The notes: a model not told the origin generated them from the letters alone. DNA of 63,980 nt, filler included, from Octopus bimaculoides (GCF_001194135.2; 5 parts of 5 records of this genome joined end to end with filler, not necessarily neighbours in it); one strand, 5' to 3'; shown: positions 1-13,387, counted from the first letter of the whole stretch. A program made the numbers and translations.

Positions 1-33
<33 letters not shown>

Positions 34-469
34 CACACACACACATACACACACACACATTCACATACCTTCCTTTTACATACACACACATATACTCACG
101 CAGAGTTGAAACGCTGTTTGATTTTCATTTTTTTTTCACCGTAGAACTTCCATCATTCTACTACCAAGTTTGCCATCACCCCTTCCTTCCTTCCTTATTC
201 ATCTATCACCCTTCTTTTCTCATTCATATGATGTGACGGAGAAATACACAAGAGTATTATTATAGTAGATATCTATTGAAAATATATAAATATACCAACC
301 GTTGATGGTTTGGTCATACTCAAAATGTTACGCTGTTTTATACGGAGTTACTACAAGGAGTGCTGAAAAGTTCCTGGCTTTAAGGATGTGTGTGTGTGTG
401 TGTGTTTGTGTGTGCAATGGAAGTGGAATGGTGAACATTCAACACTGAAAAGAAAAATCAAACAGCGTT

Positions 470-735
470 TCAACTCTGTGTGAGTATGTGTGTTTGTGCA
501 TGTGTGTGTGTGTGTGTATTTGCATCTGTTTGTCCTCCACCTCTGCTTGACAACCGATGTCGGTATGTTATATCCCTGTAACTTAGCGGTTCAGCAAAAA
601 TAAACGATTGAATAAGTACCAGACTTGAAAAAGAATATGTACTGGAGTTGATTCACCCGACAAAAAAAATGCTTGAAGGCGGTGCCCCAGCTTGGCCGCA
701 GTCTAATGGCTGAAACAGATAAAATATGAACGATA
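470..735 (+). mobile_element. SINE family B, 3' half
   Basis: cttgacaaccgatg...gtaacttagcggttc...ggcggtgccccagcttggccgcagtc. Confidence 0.75.
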
Positions 736-760
736 AAGATGTGGCCAGTATCTGGATATT

Positions 761-1205
761 CTTTTCTACTCTAAGGACAAGGCCCGAAATTTTTGGGGAG
801 GATGCCAGTCGATTAGATCGACCCTAGTACGCAACTGCTACTTAATTTATCGACCCCGAAAGGATGAAAGGCAAAGTCGACCTCGGAGAAATTTGAACTC
901 AGAACGTAAAGACAGACGAAATATCGATAAGCATTTCGCCCGGCGTGCTAACGTTTCTGCCAGCTCGTCACCTTAGGTGAAATAAATATTCTTTTCTACT
1001 CTAGGCACAAGGCCTGAAATTTTGGAGGAGAGGGCCAGTCAATTAGATCGACCTCAGTACACAACTGGTACTTAATTTATTCACCTCGAAAGGATGAAAG
1101 GCAAAGTCGACCTCGGCGGAATTCGAACTCAGAACGTAAAGGCAGACGAAATATCTATAAGCATTTCGCCCGGCGTGCTAACGTTTCTGCCAGCGCGCCG
1201 CCTTA
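761..1205 (-). mobile_element. SINE family A, tandem pair (761-975, 991-1205)
   Basis: Two about 215-bp copies (B-box-like gagttcaaatt, central gtcgactttgcctttcatcctttcggggtcgataaattaagtaccag); flanked by 17-bp direct repeats 744-760 / 1206-1222 (1 mismatch). Confidence 0.88.
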
Positions 1206-1394
1206 GCCAGTTTCTGGATATTGATAACTATTTTAGCAGCCAAAACCTGGCAGAAGTTGGGAATGTGTGCACCGATATACGTGAACGATGTTCTTTGCAT
1301 TTCGTTTTTCAAGTAATTGCTTTGATATTTTGCTTAACCTCTGCGTCGGTTGCAATTAGTTTTTCAGGTAATCCGTAGCTTATTCAACATACTA

Positions 1395-1817
1395 CTGCTG
1401 CTGTTGCTGCTGCTGCTGTTAATTGTGATGAGGATGGCGAATGGGAGGGAAAATAGGAGGATGGGAGATGAGCTAGAGGGGGAGGGGAGGGGAGGAGGAG
1501 GAGGACGTGGAGGAGGACGAGGACGAGGACGAGGAAGAGGACGACGACAACGCTGATAATGATGACGACGATGGCGCTGATGATGATGATGATGATGATG
1601 ACGATGATGATGAAGACGACTACAACGACGATGATGATGATGATGATGACGATGGCGATGATAATAATGATGACAATGAGGAAGATGAAGATGACGACGA
1701 CGGCGACGACGACGATGGTAACGACGACGACGCTGGCGCTGAAGATGATGATGATGGTGATGATGATCGTGGTGGTGGTAGTGGTGGTGGTGGTGGTGGT
1801 GGTGGTGGTTTTTGATG
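1395..1817. repeat. Compound trinucleotide repeat (GCT/GGA/GAT/GAC/GGT)
   Basis: Direct reading. Confidence 0.9.
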
Positions 1818-2737
1818 NNNNNNNNNNNNNNNNNNNNNNNNNNNNNNNNNNNNNNNNNNNNNNNNNNNNNNNNNNNNNNNNNNNNNNNNNNNNNNNNNNN
1901 NNNNNNNNNNNNNNNNNNNNNNNNNNNNNNNNNNNNNNNNNNNNNNNNNNNNNNNNNNNNNNNNNNNNNNNNNNNNNNNNNNNNNNNNNNNNNNNNNNNN
2001 NNNNNNNNNNNNNNNNNNNNNNNNNNNNNNNNNNNNNNNNNNNNNNNNNNNNNNNNNNNNNNNNNNNNNNNNNNNNNNNNNNNNNNNNNNNNNNNNNNNN
2101 NNNNNNNNNNNNNNNNNNNNNNNNNNNNNNNNTCTCCATTTGTTTCTCATAAGCCAGAGATAACTTTGGTGACCTCTCTTATTCTTTCAATTCATATAAC
2201 AAAAACATTGGAAAGTTGTTTGGTCTTTTTTTTTTGTGGGGGGGTTTCGTTTTCTTTTTGCTTCGAAATCATTGATGAAAAAAAAATGGCCGTCCTACTT
2301 ACAAAAGTTTCTGAGATATCGGAGAAAACACTCAAACAATTGAACTGTAAAAAAAAAAAAAAAACAAAGCAACAACAGAGGCATATAATAATGTCTTTGA
2401 TAGTTGGATACGTTGAATTCAGGGATTGGGTGGAGTGATTATAGGCGCGCACCAAAACAAAACAAAAAACAAAATTAACTAAGACACAGAAATAGTTCGT
2501 ATTAGTTTAAAGAGGCACTCAGCAAAACGTTAGTTATACTAAACGAATCAGAGATAGTTTCATATAAAACAACGAACAGTAAAGCAATTTAACAACAAAA
2601 AAAATGTGAAAAAGAGAAGTAAAGAAAAATAAACACATTTTTTTAAAAATCGATGAATAAAAAAAATGACAATCAATTTTATTTTTTAAACATTTTACAA
2701 TCAAATTATATTTTAAATTTTTATTTGTTTTTATTTG

Positions 2738-2896
2738 CTCTCTCTCTCTCTCTCTTTATCTCTCTTCCCCCTCTCTTTCTCTCTCTCTCTTTCTCTTTCC
2801 CTCTCTCTCTCTTTATCTCTCCCTCTCTTTCTCTCCTTTCTCTCTTTCTTCTCTTTCTCTTTCTTCTTTCTCTCTCTTTCTCTCCCTACTCTCTCT

Positions 2897-2926
<30 letters not shown>
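2738..2926. repeat. (CT)n-rich tract
   Basis: Direct reading. Confidence 0.9.
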
Positions 2927-2927
<1 letters not shown>

Positions 2928-3469
2928 CTGCATTCAAATAATTCAGTTGTTGTTTTTTTTTTGTCTCTCCTAACTTTAAATAGTTTTTCAACTATTCTTG
3001 TTGTTTGGCGAGTGTTCTTTCCGTTGCAACAGTGTTCTGTGATAAGTGCTATTGCCAAGTTGGCATACAATTATGGTTAAGTCAATAATCTAGACGTCTG
3101 TCTGATAAACGTCGCACTTTCAATCCCACCAACGCCGCCACGGCTAATTCATTGCACGGTCATGTGGTTTAAACCAGCCAATCAATGACATTCCTTTGAG
3201 AGTGACACAGTAGAGCTATGTTGACTGGATAGGAACTGTCGACCTTCCGGTCGTTAGATTGCTATTCAATCAACTAGGCTGGAGACGAGGAACACTCGGA
3301 AGACTAACCCAACGAAAAAGGTCCCACGCGGCCATTTGACCTTACAAGTTTATAGTCAAATGTCGCCCTACCATCTTAAAAATGGAGGGATACGCATCAT
3401 AGTTGTGTTTTGTTTAATGCGCTAAATAATAAATAAAAGGAAGAATTATCTTCAACAGTGTTTACTGAT

Positions 3470-3790
3470 AACCCTTGACCCGACTAAAGTCTTGTGACTA
3501 GATTTGGCCAACAGAAACTGAAAGAAATTCGTTGTGTGTGTGTGTTAGAGAGAGAGAGCGTGTGTGTGTGTCTTTGTGTTAGAGCCTGTCCTCACATAGC
3601 TTAACAACCGATATTGGTTTATTTACGTTCCTTTAACTTAGAGGTTCGGCAATGAGACCGATCGAATAAGTAGCAGACTTTTAAAAAAAATAATAAAGTA
3701 TTGAGGTCGATTCTTTCCATTAAAACCGTTCAAGGTGGTACTCCAGCATGACCGTACCTCCAATGACTGAAACAAGTAAAAAAGAATGAA
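3470..3790 (+). mobile_element. SINE family B
   Basis: gaaactgaaagaa + microsatellite + 3' tail. Confidence 0.72.
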
Positions 3791-5151
3791 AGAAGGTAAG
3801 AAAAAAAAAAAAAAGAACACTAAACATTTCTAAAAAACAAGATGAACAAAACCAATTGCAGCGTAGAAGATATTTGTAAGCCATTCAAGAACACACAAAA
3901 ACCGTTAATTTTCATTTGTGTCAAAATATTTTCGTCGCTTTGAAATCGCAACCTGTTCTCTGACAAAACTTGCGGTAGATTTTGATAAATGCACCCAAAA
4001 CGAAAACCTCGGATTTTTTGCGTGGAACCNNNNNNNNNNNNNNNNNNNNNNNNNNNNNNNNNNNNNNNNNNNNNNNNNNNNNNNNNNNNNNNNNNNNNNN
4101 NNNNNNNNNNNNNNNNNNNNNNNNNNNNNNNNNNNNNNNNNNNNNNNNNNNNNNNNNNNNNNNNNNNNNNNNNNNNNNNNNNNNNNNNNNNNNNNNNNNN
4201 NNNNNNNNNNNNNNNNNNNNNNNNNNNNNNNNNNNNNNNNNNNNNNNNNNNNNNNNNNNNNNNNNNNNNNNNNNNNNNNNNNNNNNNNNNNNNNNNNNNN
4301 NNNNNNNNNNNNNNNNNNNNNNNNNNNNNNNNNNNNNNNNNNNNNNNNNNNNNNNNNNNNNNNNNNNNNNNNNNNNNNNNNNNNNNNNNNNNNNNNNNNN
4401 NNNNNNNNNNNNNNNNNNNNNNNNNNNNNNNNNNNNNNNNNNNNNNNNNNNNNNNNNNNNNNNNNNNNNNNNNNNNNNNNNNNNNNNNNNNNNNNNNNNN
4501 NNNNNNNNNNNNNNNNNNNNNNNNNNNNNNNNNNNNNNNNNNNNNNNNNNNNNNNNNNNNNNNNNNNNNNNNNNNNNNNNNNNNNNNNNNNNNNNNNNNN
4601 NNNNNNNNNNNNNNNNNNNNNNNNNNNNNNNNNNNNNNNNNNNNNNNNNNNNNNNNNNNNNNNNNNNNNNNNNNNNNNNNNNNNNNNNNNNNNNNNNNNN
4701 NNNNNNNNNNNNNNNNNNNNNNNNNNNNNNNNNNNNNNNNNNNNNNNNNNNNNNNNNNNNNNNNNNNNNNNNNNNNNNNNNNNNNNNNNNNNNNNNNNNN
4801 NNNNNNNNNNNNNNNNNNNNNNNNNNNNNNNNNNNNNNNNNNNNNNNNNNNNNNNNNNNNNNNNNNNNNNNNNNNNNNNNNNNNNNNNNNNNNNNNNNNN
4901 NNNNNNNNNNNNNNNNNNNNNNNNNNNNNNNNNNNNNAAACATAGATCTAGAGGCACAAGATCTCCAACCACAATATGAACATATTCTTCGAGAGAGTTA
5001 GGTGAACACCATGGTTTTTATAAGCCCAAGATGTTCTAGAACGCTTCATGAGTCTTTAGTCGAGATTTTTTTTTTTTTTTACCTTTACGACTATCACCGC
5101 CTATCACCAACTGACATTGCAGATGATTAGCTGAATATTACAGAATATAGT

Positions 5152-5635
5152 AAGGCGGTGAGTTGGCAGAATCGTTAGCACACCGAACAAAATGCTTAGC
5201 AGTATTTCGTCAGCCTTTACATTCTGAGTTCAAATTCCGCCAAGGTCAACTTTGCCTTTCATCATTTCAGAGTCGATGAAATAAATACCAGTTGAACACT
5301 GGGTCGATGTAATCGACTTGACCCCCTCACCAAACTTGCTGGCTTTGTGCCAAAAATCGAAACTAATATTACAGAATATAGTACTGTTATTCAACAGCAG
5401 CAAGACATAGTGATTTTATTTGCTAGTGGAAGGTGGCGAGCTGGCAGAATCATTAGCACGCCGAACAAAATGCTTAGTGGCATTTCGTCCGTTTTTACGT
5501 TCTCTGTTCAAATTCCGCCAAAGTCGACTTTGCCTTTCGTTCCCTTTCAAGGTCGATGTAATAAGCATCAGTTGAGCACAGGAGCCGATATAATCTCCTA
5601 AAATTTCAGGCCTTGTGCCATAGCAGAAATGATAT
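5152..5635 (+). mobile_element. SINE family A, two copies (5152-5365, 5430-5635)
   Basis: First copy flanked by aatattacagaatatagta at 5134-5152 and 5365-5383. Confidence 0.85.
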
Positions 5636-5824
5636 TATTCGCCGAGCTTACACATTCAATGTTCGCAATCGAGGAAGGTTGTCTGCTATAACATGATAAT
5701 GTTGGTCAGAATATGATATATGAGGTTATTAAGTAGACAGGGTGGTGACGACTGCACTTTTTTTTCTTCTCTTTTTATTGTTTAAAAGAGGATGGAAAGG
5801 ACAACACCTTTGGTGCATCTCTAA

Positions 5825-6672
5825 ATCTTTTATCTTTAATCGATATTAGTCATGGGACTGTGGTCATGCTGGGGCACCGCCTTGAAGGATTTACATAAAC
5901 ATATCGACTTCGGTCCTTAATTTTTTAAACCTGGTACTTATTCTATCGGTCTCCCTTTGTTGAACCACTAAGTTACGGGAGACGTAAGCAAATCAACACT
6001 AGTTTTCAAGCCTCGGTGGGGGTAAACATATTTCAAGTAGGAAGTAGTAAGAAGAAGGATGTCATAATACCAAAACATGTCTGCAGTTGTCTTTTGTACT
6101 TACCTTGTTTCAGTCATAAGACAACGGCCATTTCTGAAACTCCACCATAAAGGGTCTAGTCAAACAAATCGACCCCAGTTCTTATTTTTTTAAGTTTCGT
6201 ATTTATTCAATCGATCGCTTTTGCTGAACTACTACGGTTTGGGGACACAAACAAACCCATACCGGTTGCCGAGCGGTGATGGGGGACAAACACAAACGCA
6301 TACACACACGCAAGCACGCACATTTACATATGTATATGTGTGTATGCATGACAGGCTTCCACACGTCAGCCCAGGGCTATAGTAGAAGACGCTTGCACAA
6401 GGTACCGGGCAGTGGGACTGAACCTGAAGCCATGTGGTCGCAAGCGGGTTTCTTAATCGCACACTATATCTGCGCCTGTTCCACACGGTTATGCCTGCGC
6501 TATAGTTTTGCCTTTTATCTTCTATTTGTTGCAGTCCATAGACTACGGCCATACTGGGGCACCCCCTTAAAGAATTTTAGTTCAATGAATCGATCCTAGT
6601 ACTTTTATAAGCCTGGTACTTATTTTATCGGACTCTTTTACCGAACCGCTAAATTAGGGACACGTAAACATA
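5825..6672 (-). mobile_element. Cluster of three SINE family B copies
   Basis: Repeated gcggccat(a/g)ctgg(g/a)gcacc...cgaaccgctaagttacgggg motifs. Confidence 0.75.
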
Positions 6673-7059
6673 CCAGTGAAATAAAATCCACTGTGTAACA
6701 TATTGTTGATATTGTTGATTTTTGTTCCGTGAATGTGCGTGTGCGCATGTATGTGTGTGTGTTTGTTACTCCAAGTCAGCTTTAACTGAATGAACTCGTA
6801 ACATGTTGCTACTCAGTTAAGCTACATGTTGGATTTCTCAGGGGATATAAAACAGAAACCTTCAGGTTACACGGAATTTCCTGACAACAGAACTCAGTTC
6901 TTATTTCTCATTTTCTCAACTCTCTTTTTTGACACTAGAAGGCAAAAGCAAGAATCATCAAGATGAAAATTTATTAATTTTTTTTTTAATTACATTCTTG
7001 TATAGAAAACGTTAACAATTTACAAAACAAAATACCTGAATACTAAAAAAAAATTCGGT

Positions 7060-8760
7060 TGATAGTATTTGTCTAAGAAGCCTATTTTATGGATGATATT
7101 GTCGTTCAAATTTGATCGCTCTTTTGTGTGAAGTAGCTGTATCGCAGAAACGGATCTGTATGCACCAACTGATGTTGGATGAATAGTACTGAGAAAAAGG
7201 AGTCATCTCTGCAAGTTAACAGTTCTATGTCCAGTAATTTCAAACATTTTCATCTCTTTGAAATTTTCTTCATCATAAGACGATTGATTGTTTCAACAGC
7301 TTTATTAATGCCAGCATTTAATCTCTGTAGTTCATCTAAAGTTACCGGTGAATCCAATAACAACTTAAGATGCTGAGTAAAATGCTTAGCAGAATTTCGT
7401 TCACCTTTACATTCTGAGTCCAAATTCCGCTGGGGTCGAGTTTACCTTTTATCCTTTTGGGTTCAATAAAATAAGTACCAGTTGAACACTGGGGTCAACG
7501 TAAGTGACTCATACCCTTCCCAAAATTGCTGGCCTTGTGCCAAAATGTGAAATCAATATTTCTGGAGTATATTATTACTTGAGATCTACAAAATCAATTG
7601 ATAATTGTGCTCACTTCTTTTAATGATATTGCCAAAACATAAATTTTTCTTATGCAATAAAAGCTAGTTGTTGCAGATCGATATCATTAACTACATTTAA
7701 GGTGGCGAGCTGGCAGAATCGTTAGTATGCTGGGCAAAATACTTAGCGGCATTTCGTCCGTCTTTACGCTCTGAGTTCAAATTCTGCCGAGGTCGACTTT
7801 GCATTTTATCCTTTCTGGGTCGATAAATTAAGTACCAGTTGCATACTGGGGTCGATCTAATCAACTAGCCACCTTCCCAAAAATTTCAGGCCTTGTGCCT
7901 ATAGTAGAAAGGATTATTAACCATGTTCATGATACAAGAATTTATATTCTGATCATCATCCAGAAATGTACCTTCAAACTCGTCATGGACTTTGTAAAGG
8001 CCACATTAACTTCATCGCAATTTGATTCAATTTCCTTATAAAGGAACAGCAAATGTAGCAAAAACAGCCAGAATTGATACTCGCGTTCATACTCCACCAA
8101 ATTTAATCCTGACACTTGTACCACCAGCTACGACTTCAACTACATTTGTGTTTCAGAACTGAGGTTAAATTCAGAAAGTTTTGTTTGCAGAAGTCCGACA
8201 TTTTTTCAGCAGGTGAACTTCCATAAATTCTAATCATTTCTAAATTCCATAATTCACCAAATGTGTGAGCATTTAAATTTAAATATCTCCGATCACACAG
8301 TTATTCATCGGAAGAAAGACTGAAGTTTTCAGAGTTCCTCTAATCACAAATTAATAATAACTTGCTCTCTTAATCACAATTTTTCTCTGAAATTATTTTA
8401 ATGTCGAATCATGTGTTAAATGAGGGCAATTATTTGATAAATCCAAACATGTAGCTGCAATAGATTTCTTCATGAAAACGCACTTTTAATTGTTATTATT
8501 CATGGGAAAAATCCATCGATAACAACTAATTTAGATACTATTTATTGTATAGTTTCATTCTGTTTTCACCCATAAAGAACGTTATTTTCTGCTGGTCGAT
8601 ACTTTGCCAAATGAGGTTTGTCTATTTCTGAAAAATTGTCTTCATGGATGCTCTTTTAGAGGCATAAAAGACCGCTTCTTGAACCATCGAAGTATTTTAA
8701 GATGGCTTTACAAGTTATAATTTGTTTTTAACTCAAGATTTCCCGAGAAATAAAATACAG
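7060..8760 (-). mobile_element. Decayed hAT transposase, interrupted by two SINEs
   Basis: Minus-strand frames give FSLSSDE*...RRYLNLNAH...LWNLEMIRIYGSSPAEK (DEW catalytic block, about 8301), VVAGGTSVRIKFGG (TDGASVMxKFG), and C-terminal EMKMFEITGHRTVNL...PTSV...TKERSNLNDNII..IGFLDKYY (dimerisation domain). Many stops and frameshifts. Confidence 0.75.
7376..7917 (+). mobile_element. SINE family A, two copies (7376-7560, 7700-7917) nested in the hAT fossil
   Basis: Same family sequence as 10835-11054. Confidence 0.85.
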
Positions 8761-8849
8761 TCATGGGAATTTTTGGTCACATTTTTAGAGAATTCAGGAC
8801 ACGAATATCCTCTTGGCTGGAGGGTTTAACTCAGTCGTCTATTGTTGCA

Positions 8850-9290
8850 GATTAAACCATGCCTTAGCTTACCGAGAACGATACAGCACATTCTGTCGTC
8901 TATGTGTAACGTGTATGTTGTAGATGTCATGTATGTAGCATTAGTACCTCTGCTGACATTTAGTTATATTTTATATTCTCTCGTGTTACTGCAAAGAAAG
9001 AAGACAATCTACTTGATACTTGGCATCTTAATTTTTGACACAGGTTTCTATATCATTGATGGAGAGTGGAGATAGTTGAGCAGTTGTTTCTGATAGTGTG
9101 GGGGGGGCTGTGACTATGATGTCATTTAACCATGAGGCTATGTATACGCTTCCTGAAAGTTAAAAAGGGTGGGTGAAAGAACGGATGTTTGTAGTACTCT
9201 ATTCAAAGAAATTGTTAAGTTGTTGTATACTGCATAGAGTTGATGTCCTAGAAGATGCTTTGCAAGCCAGCTTGCTTGTATGTCTTAAGG
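8850..9290 (-). mobile_element. Highly decayed LINE RT fragment
   Basis: RVLQTSVLSPTLFN (cf. GVPQGSVLSPTLF) and WLNDIIVTA (cf. YADDIT). Confidence 0.42.
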
Positions 9291-9306
9291 TGTTTCTATA
9301 TGAATG

Positions 9307-9452
9307 AAGGCGCGGGGCTTAGTGGTTAGGGTATTCGGCTCACGATCGTAAGGCTATGAGTTCGATTCCCGGCGATGTGTTGTGTCCTTGAGCAAGACAC
9401 TTTATTTCACGTTGCTCCAGACAACTCAGCTGGCAAAAATGAGTTGTACCGG
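9307..9452 (+). mobile_element. SINE family D (tRNA head + CORE-like domain), 3'-truncated
   Basis: A box agtggttagg, B box gagttcgattcc, CORE-like tgtgtccttgagcaagacacttt. Confidence 0.78.
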
Positions 9453-10199
9453 TATTTAATTTTAATTTTTAATAAATTGAATTTAATTGAGTTTTTACCT
9501 GTAAATTTGGATTTTTATCCCTAATATTATTATTATTATTATTATATATATATATATANNNNNNNNNNNNNNNNNNNNNNNNNNNNNNNNNNNNNNNNNN
9601 NNNNNNNNNNNNNNNNNNNNNNNNNNNNNNNNNNNNNNNNNNNNNNNNNNNNNNNNNNNNNNNNNNNNNNNNNNNNNNNNNNNNNNNNNNNNNNNNNNNN
9701 NNNNNNNNNNNNNNNNNNNNNNNNNNNNNNNNNNNNNNNNNNNNNNNNNNNNNNNNNNNNNNNNNNNNNNNNNNNNNNNNNNNNNNNNNNNNNNNNNNNN
9801 NNNNNNNNNNNNNNNNNNNNNNNNNNNNNNNNNNNNNNNNNNNNNNNNNNNNNNNNNNNNNNNNNNNNNNNNNNNNNNNNNNNNNNNNNNNNNNNNNNNN
9901 NNNNNNNNNNNNNNNNNNNNNNNNNNNNNNNNNNNNNNNNNNNNNNNNNNNNNNNNNNNNNNNNNNNNNNNNNNNNNNNNNNNNNNNNNNNNNNNNNNNN
10001 NNNNNNNNNNNNNNNNNNNNNNNNNNNNNNNNNNNNNNNNNNNNNNNNNNNNNNNNNNNNNNNNNNNNNNNNNNNNNNNNNNNNNNNNNNNNNNNNNNNN
10101 NNNNNNNNNNNNNNNNNNNNNNNNNNNNNNNNNNNNNNNNNATGCGTGTTACTCCACTAAAATATTACTTCTCATAATTGTTCTGAATCTTTGAAAAGC

Positions 10200-10535
10200 A
10201 TTACTCTTTTACTTGTTTCAGTCATTTGACTGCGGCCATGCTGGAGCACCGCCTTTAGTCGAGCAAATCGACCCCAGGACTTATTCTTTGTAAGCTTAGT
10301 ACTTATTCTATCGGTCTCTTTTGTCGAACCGCTAAGTTACGGGGACGTAAACACACCAGCATCAGTTGTCAAGCGATGTTGTGGGGACAAACACACATAC
10401 ATATATACATATATACGACGGTCTTCTTTCAGTTTCCGTCTACCAAATCCACTCACAAGGCTTTGGTCGGCCCGAGGCTATAGTAGAAGACACTTTCCCA
10501 CAGTGCCACGGAACCATGTGGTTGGTAAGCAAGCT
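10200..10535 (-). mobile_element. SINE family B
   Basis: Near-consensus copy. Confidence 0.85.
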
Positions 10536-10834
10536 TTACTGGTTTCAGCCACAGGATCAGGCCTTGCTGGGGTACCGCCTTTCTAACAGACATGAATTAT
10601 CACTCTACAGTCCTCTGCTTTACATACTGAGTTATCGCGAGACACATGCAACTTCTTTTTTAATTACACCAGTGTGCACCTTATTACAAACTATCAGTTA
10701 ACTCTATGGACTATTTCACAACTTTGACGGGTCCCATCGAAGTAATATGTTGATCAGTAAAACTCTTTATCAGCAAACGCCACTGATAAAATATGTTCTG
10801 CTCTAATAAATTTCTGATGTAACAATTGGAAACT

Positions 10835-11290
10835 AAGGCAGCGAGCTGGCAGGATCGTTAGCACGCCGGACGAAATGCTTCGCGATATTTTATCTGTCTT
10901 TACGTTCCGAGTTCAAATTCCGCCCAGGTTGACTTTGCCTTTTATCTTTTCGGGGGGTCGATAAATTAAGTACCAGTTGCGTACTGGGGTCGATTTAATC
11001 GACTGTCCTCCTCCCCAAAAATTTTGGGCCTTGTGCCTAAGAGTAGAAAAGAATAATTGGAAACTGATAAAGCAGCGAGTTGGCAGAATCATTAACACGT
11101 CGGACAAAATACTTAGCGGCATTTCGTCTGCCTTTATGTTCTGAGTTCAAATTCTGCTAAGGTCGACTTTGCCCGTCATCATTTCGGGGTCGATAAAATA
11201 AGTACCAGTTGAGCACTGGAGTCGATGTAATCGACTTTTCCCCTACCCCGAACGCGTTGGCATTGTGCCAAATTTGAAACCACTAATTGC
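10835..11290 (+). mobile_element. SINE family A, adjacent copies with alternative 3' ends (10835-11054, 11066-11290)
   Basis: First copy has TSD aattggaaact (10824-10834 / 11055-11065). Confidence 0.88.
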
Positions 11291-11689
11291 AGAAGGAATA
11301 TGGATGAGACTATATTCTGTAATTGGCACCCACAGTTTTCTTTTCTGATATTTTTATTTCTTTCACATAAACAATTGTAGTAAATGTCATATTGTTTCAC
11401 TTGTTAGGATACTATCAGCTTTAATGAATTTGGTGGTATATTAGAGTGATCTCCCCTTGACTCTTTTGTTTTTGTTTTTGTTTTTAAATTCTCTCTGTAA
11501 GAACTGACGTGGTTTGATATTATTCAGGCCAAATTCGGCCCCGAAAGAACAAATTGACCGGCCCGATTTCTTTTTTTTTTTTTTTGTGAAGCTTATTGTT
11601 CCCCATCTATGTAATCCAATATGTCCCCTATCAAGATGATAGCAATTTGAGAAAGATCAGACTTCTAAATCTAACAGATCACCATAGAA

Positions 11690-11837
11690 ACGCCCTCATT
11701 GAGTACTTATTTTTTAAGTTTGGTATTTATTCTNNNNNNNNNNATTTTTTAAGTTTGGTATTTATTCTATCAGTCTCTTTTTACTGAACCACTAAGTCAT
11801 GTGGACATAAACAAACCAACACCATTTGTGAAGCAGT

Positions 11838-11927
<90 letters not shown>

Positions 11928-12050
11928 ATATATATAATGATAGGCTTCCATCGTTTCCTTCTACCAAATTCATTTGAAAGGCACTGGCTGACCTAGGGCT
12001 ATAGTAGAAGACATTTTCCCAAGATACAATGCAGTGGAACTGAACCACAA
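11690..12050 (-). mobile_element. SINE family B with expanded (CA)n(TA)n interior
   Basis: Family motifs flank the microsatellite. Confidence 0.7.
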
Positions 12051-13234
12051 ACATATAACTTCCCTTCATATGATATTTTCAGCAAAAAGAAAAATTTGAT
12101 ACTTTAACAGAAAAACATAACCAGCATTTATACAAAAACTGTTGGAAGAATTTTTTATTCTGAAAGAGTCATGTTTATGTTACCAATTGGAGTAGATTGG
12201 CACTGGATTTTGCATTTATTTGTTCATCCAGGCTCATTTTTTCACTATAACGTCCTGTGTTCAAATCCTGGGGAAGTAGATAGAATCGATCTATTTGTTT
12301 ATCCTATGCTGAATCATAAGAATATATCAGGGCCAGTAATCATTTAAATATAAAGTGGATGAGAGACAAATGTGTACCAGGATAAGATGCAGGTCTAACA
12401 TGAGAGGCCTTTTTTTGACATGAATTTTGTTTTACACAACTCCACAAAACTGCTGCTGCTGCCTATGCTAATGTATGATACCATTCTGTGATACCTACTC
12501 ACAGCTAGATAGACATAGATGCCAAAGTCACACTATTTTGGCCATGGATACACACAGCACAAATGTCAGGATATGGACTGCTGACCTCTTGGTGGTTATC
12601 AAGTGATTCATTGATTCATTCATCTATGACTTAAATAAAATTTAATACCTTTAATATATTTTACACTTGATTTCATCAGCAACTTTTTTTCCTTCCAAAT
12701 GCTAATTTATTCTTTACAAGCTCAAAAACCACTTGTTCAAATTCATTCATTTAATGCTTGCAAATATTTTAACATGTCTCTACAGCCATGCTAATACAGT
12801 TGAATAAGATTAAAATTTAAGAAATTGATATGGTATGGTATGGTATGGTTATTTCTTAATCTGCTCAATCTATCAAGTGGGGATGATACCTACTTTATTG
12901 ATGATCAAAAGGAAGCAAACAGGTAAATCCTTAATAAAAAGGTACAGGAAAAGACAATAATAGAATTTGAACTTATGACAAATAGGATCAGTTATTTAAC
13001 ATCTTACCCCTCATCCACTGGTACAATGACAAAACTGATCCCCTAAATCTTATTGCAAAATATCACAGACAAGTCATTTTGCATTGGCACAAAAAGTGTG
13101 TAGTCTTTCCTCACAAAGAAATTCTGCCCAAAATATGTTTCCAACAAATGAATCTCTGGCAAGATATATTCTATCTTTTCAAAACACTATTCTTTGGCAT
13201 TCTCTACTCAAAAACAAGTTCCCTTTGATGTGTA

Positions 13235-13387
13235 CTACACAAACGCTCTCATTTTTGCTGTAGTTTTTTGCTTCATAGAAGCATTCTCTGAAGACCAATG
13301 TGTGAATAAAACAGCTGCTGCTAAACGTGCTCGGTTTTCATAGAGATCCAGGTCATGGTACCATTCCACACTACCCCACTTCTGGGT
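13235..13387 (-). CDS. ATPAF2: ATP synthase F1 assembly factor 2 (ATP12 family), terminal coding exon
   Basis: Acceptor tttcag| then TQKWGSVEWYHDLDLYENRARLAAAVLFTHWSSENASMKQKTTAKMRAFV*; matches the ATPAF2 C-terminal motif (QKWGxxEWxHD...RARxAA..LF), recognised from memory of the human protein. 153 bp, phase 0, TAG at 13235-13237. Confidence 0.93.
   Translation of the reverse strand, partial: TQKWGSVEWYHDLDLYENRARLAAAVLFTHWSSENASMKQKTTAKMRAFV

Noticed and set aside
1350-2152. Acidic, poly-Met, poly-Pro ORFs
   Set aside because: Translations of trinucleotide repeats and N gaps; no splice context or domain.
9307-9380. tRNA gene
   Set aside because: A/B boxes present but no acceptor stem, and it continues into a CORE-like SINE body with a second copy at 60700-61035.
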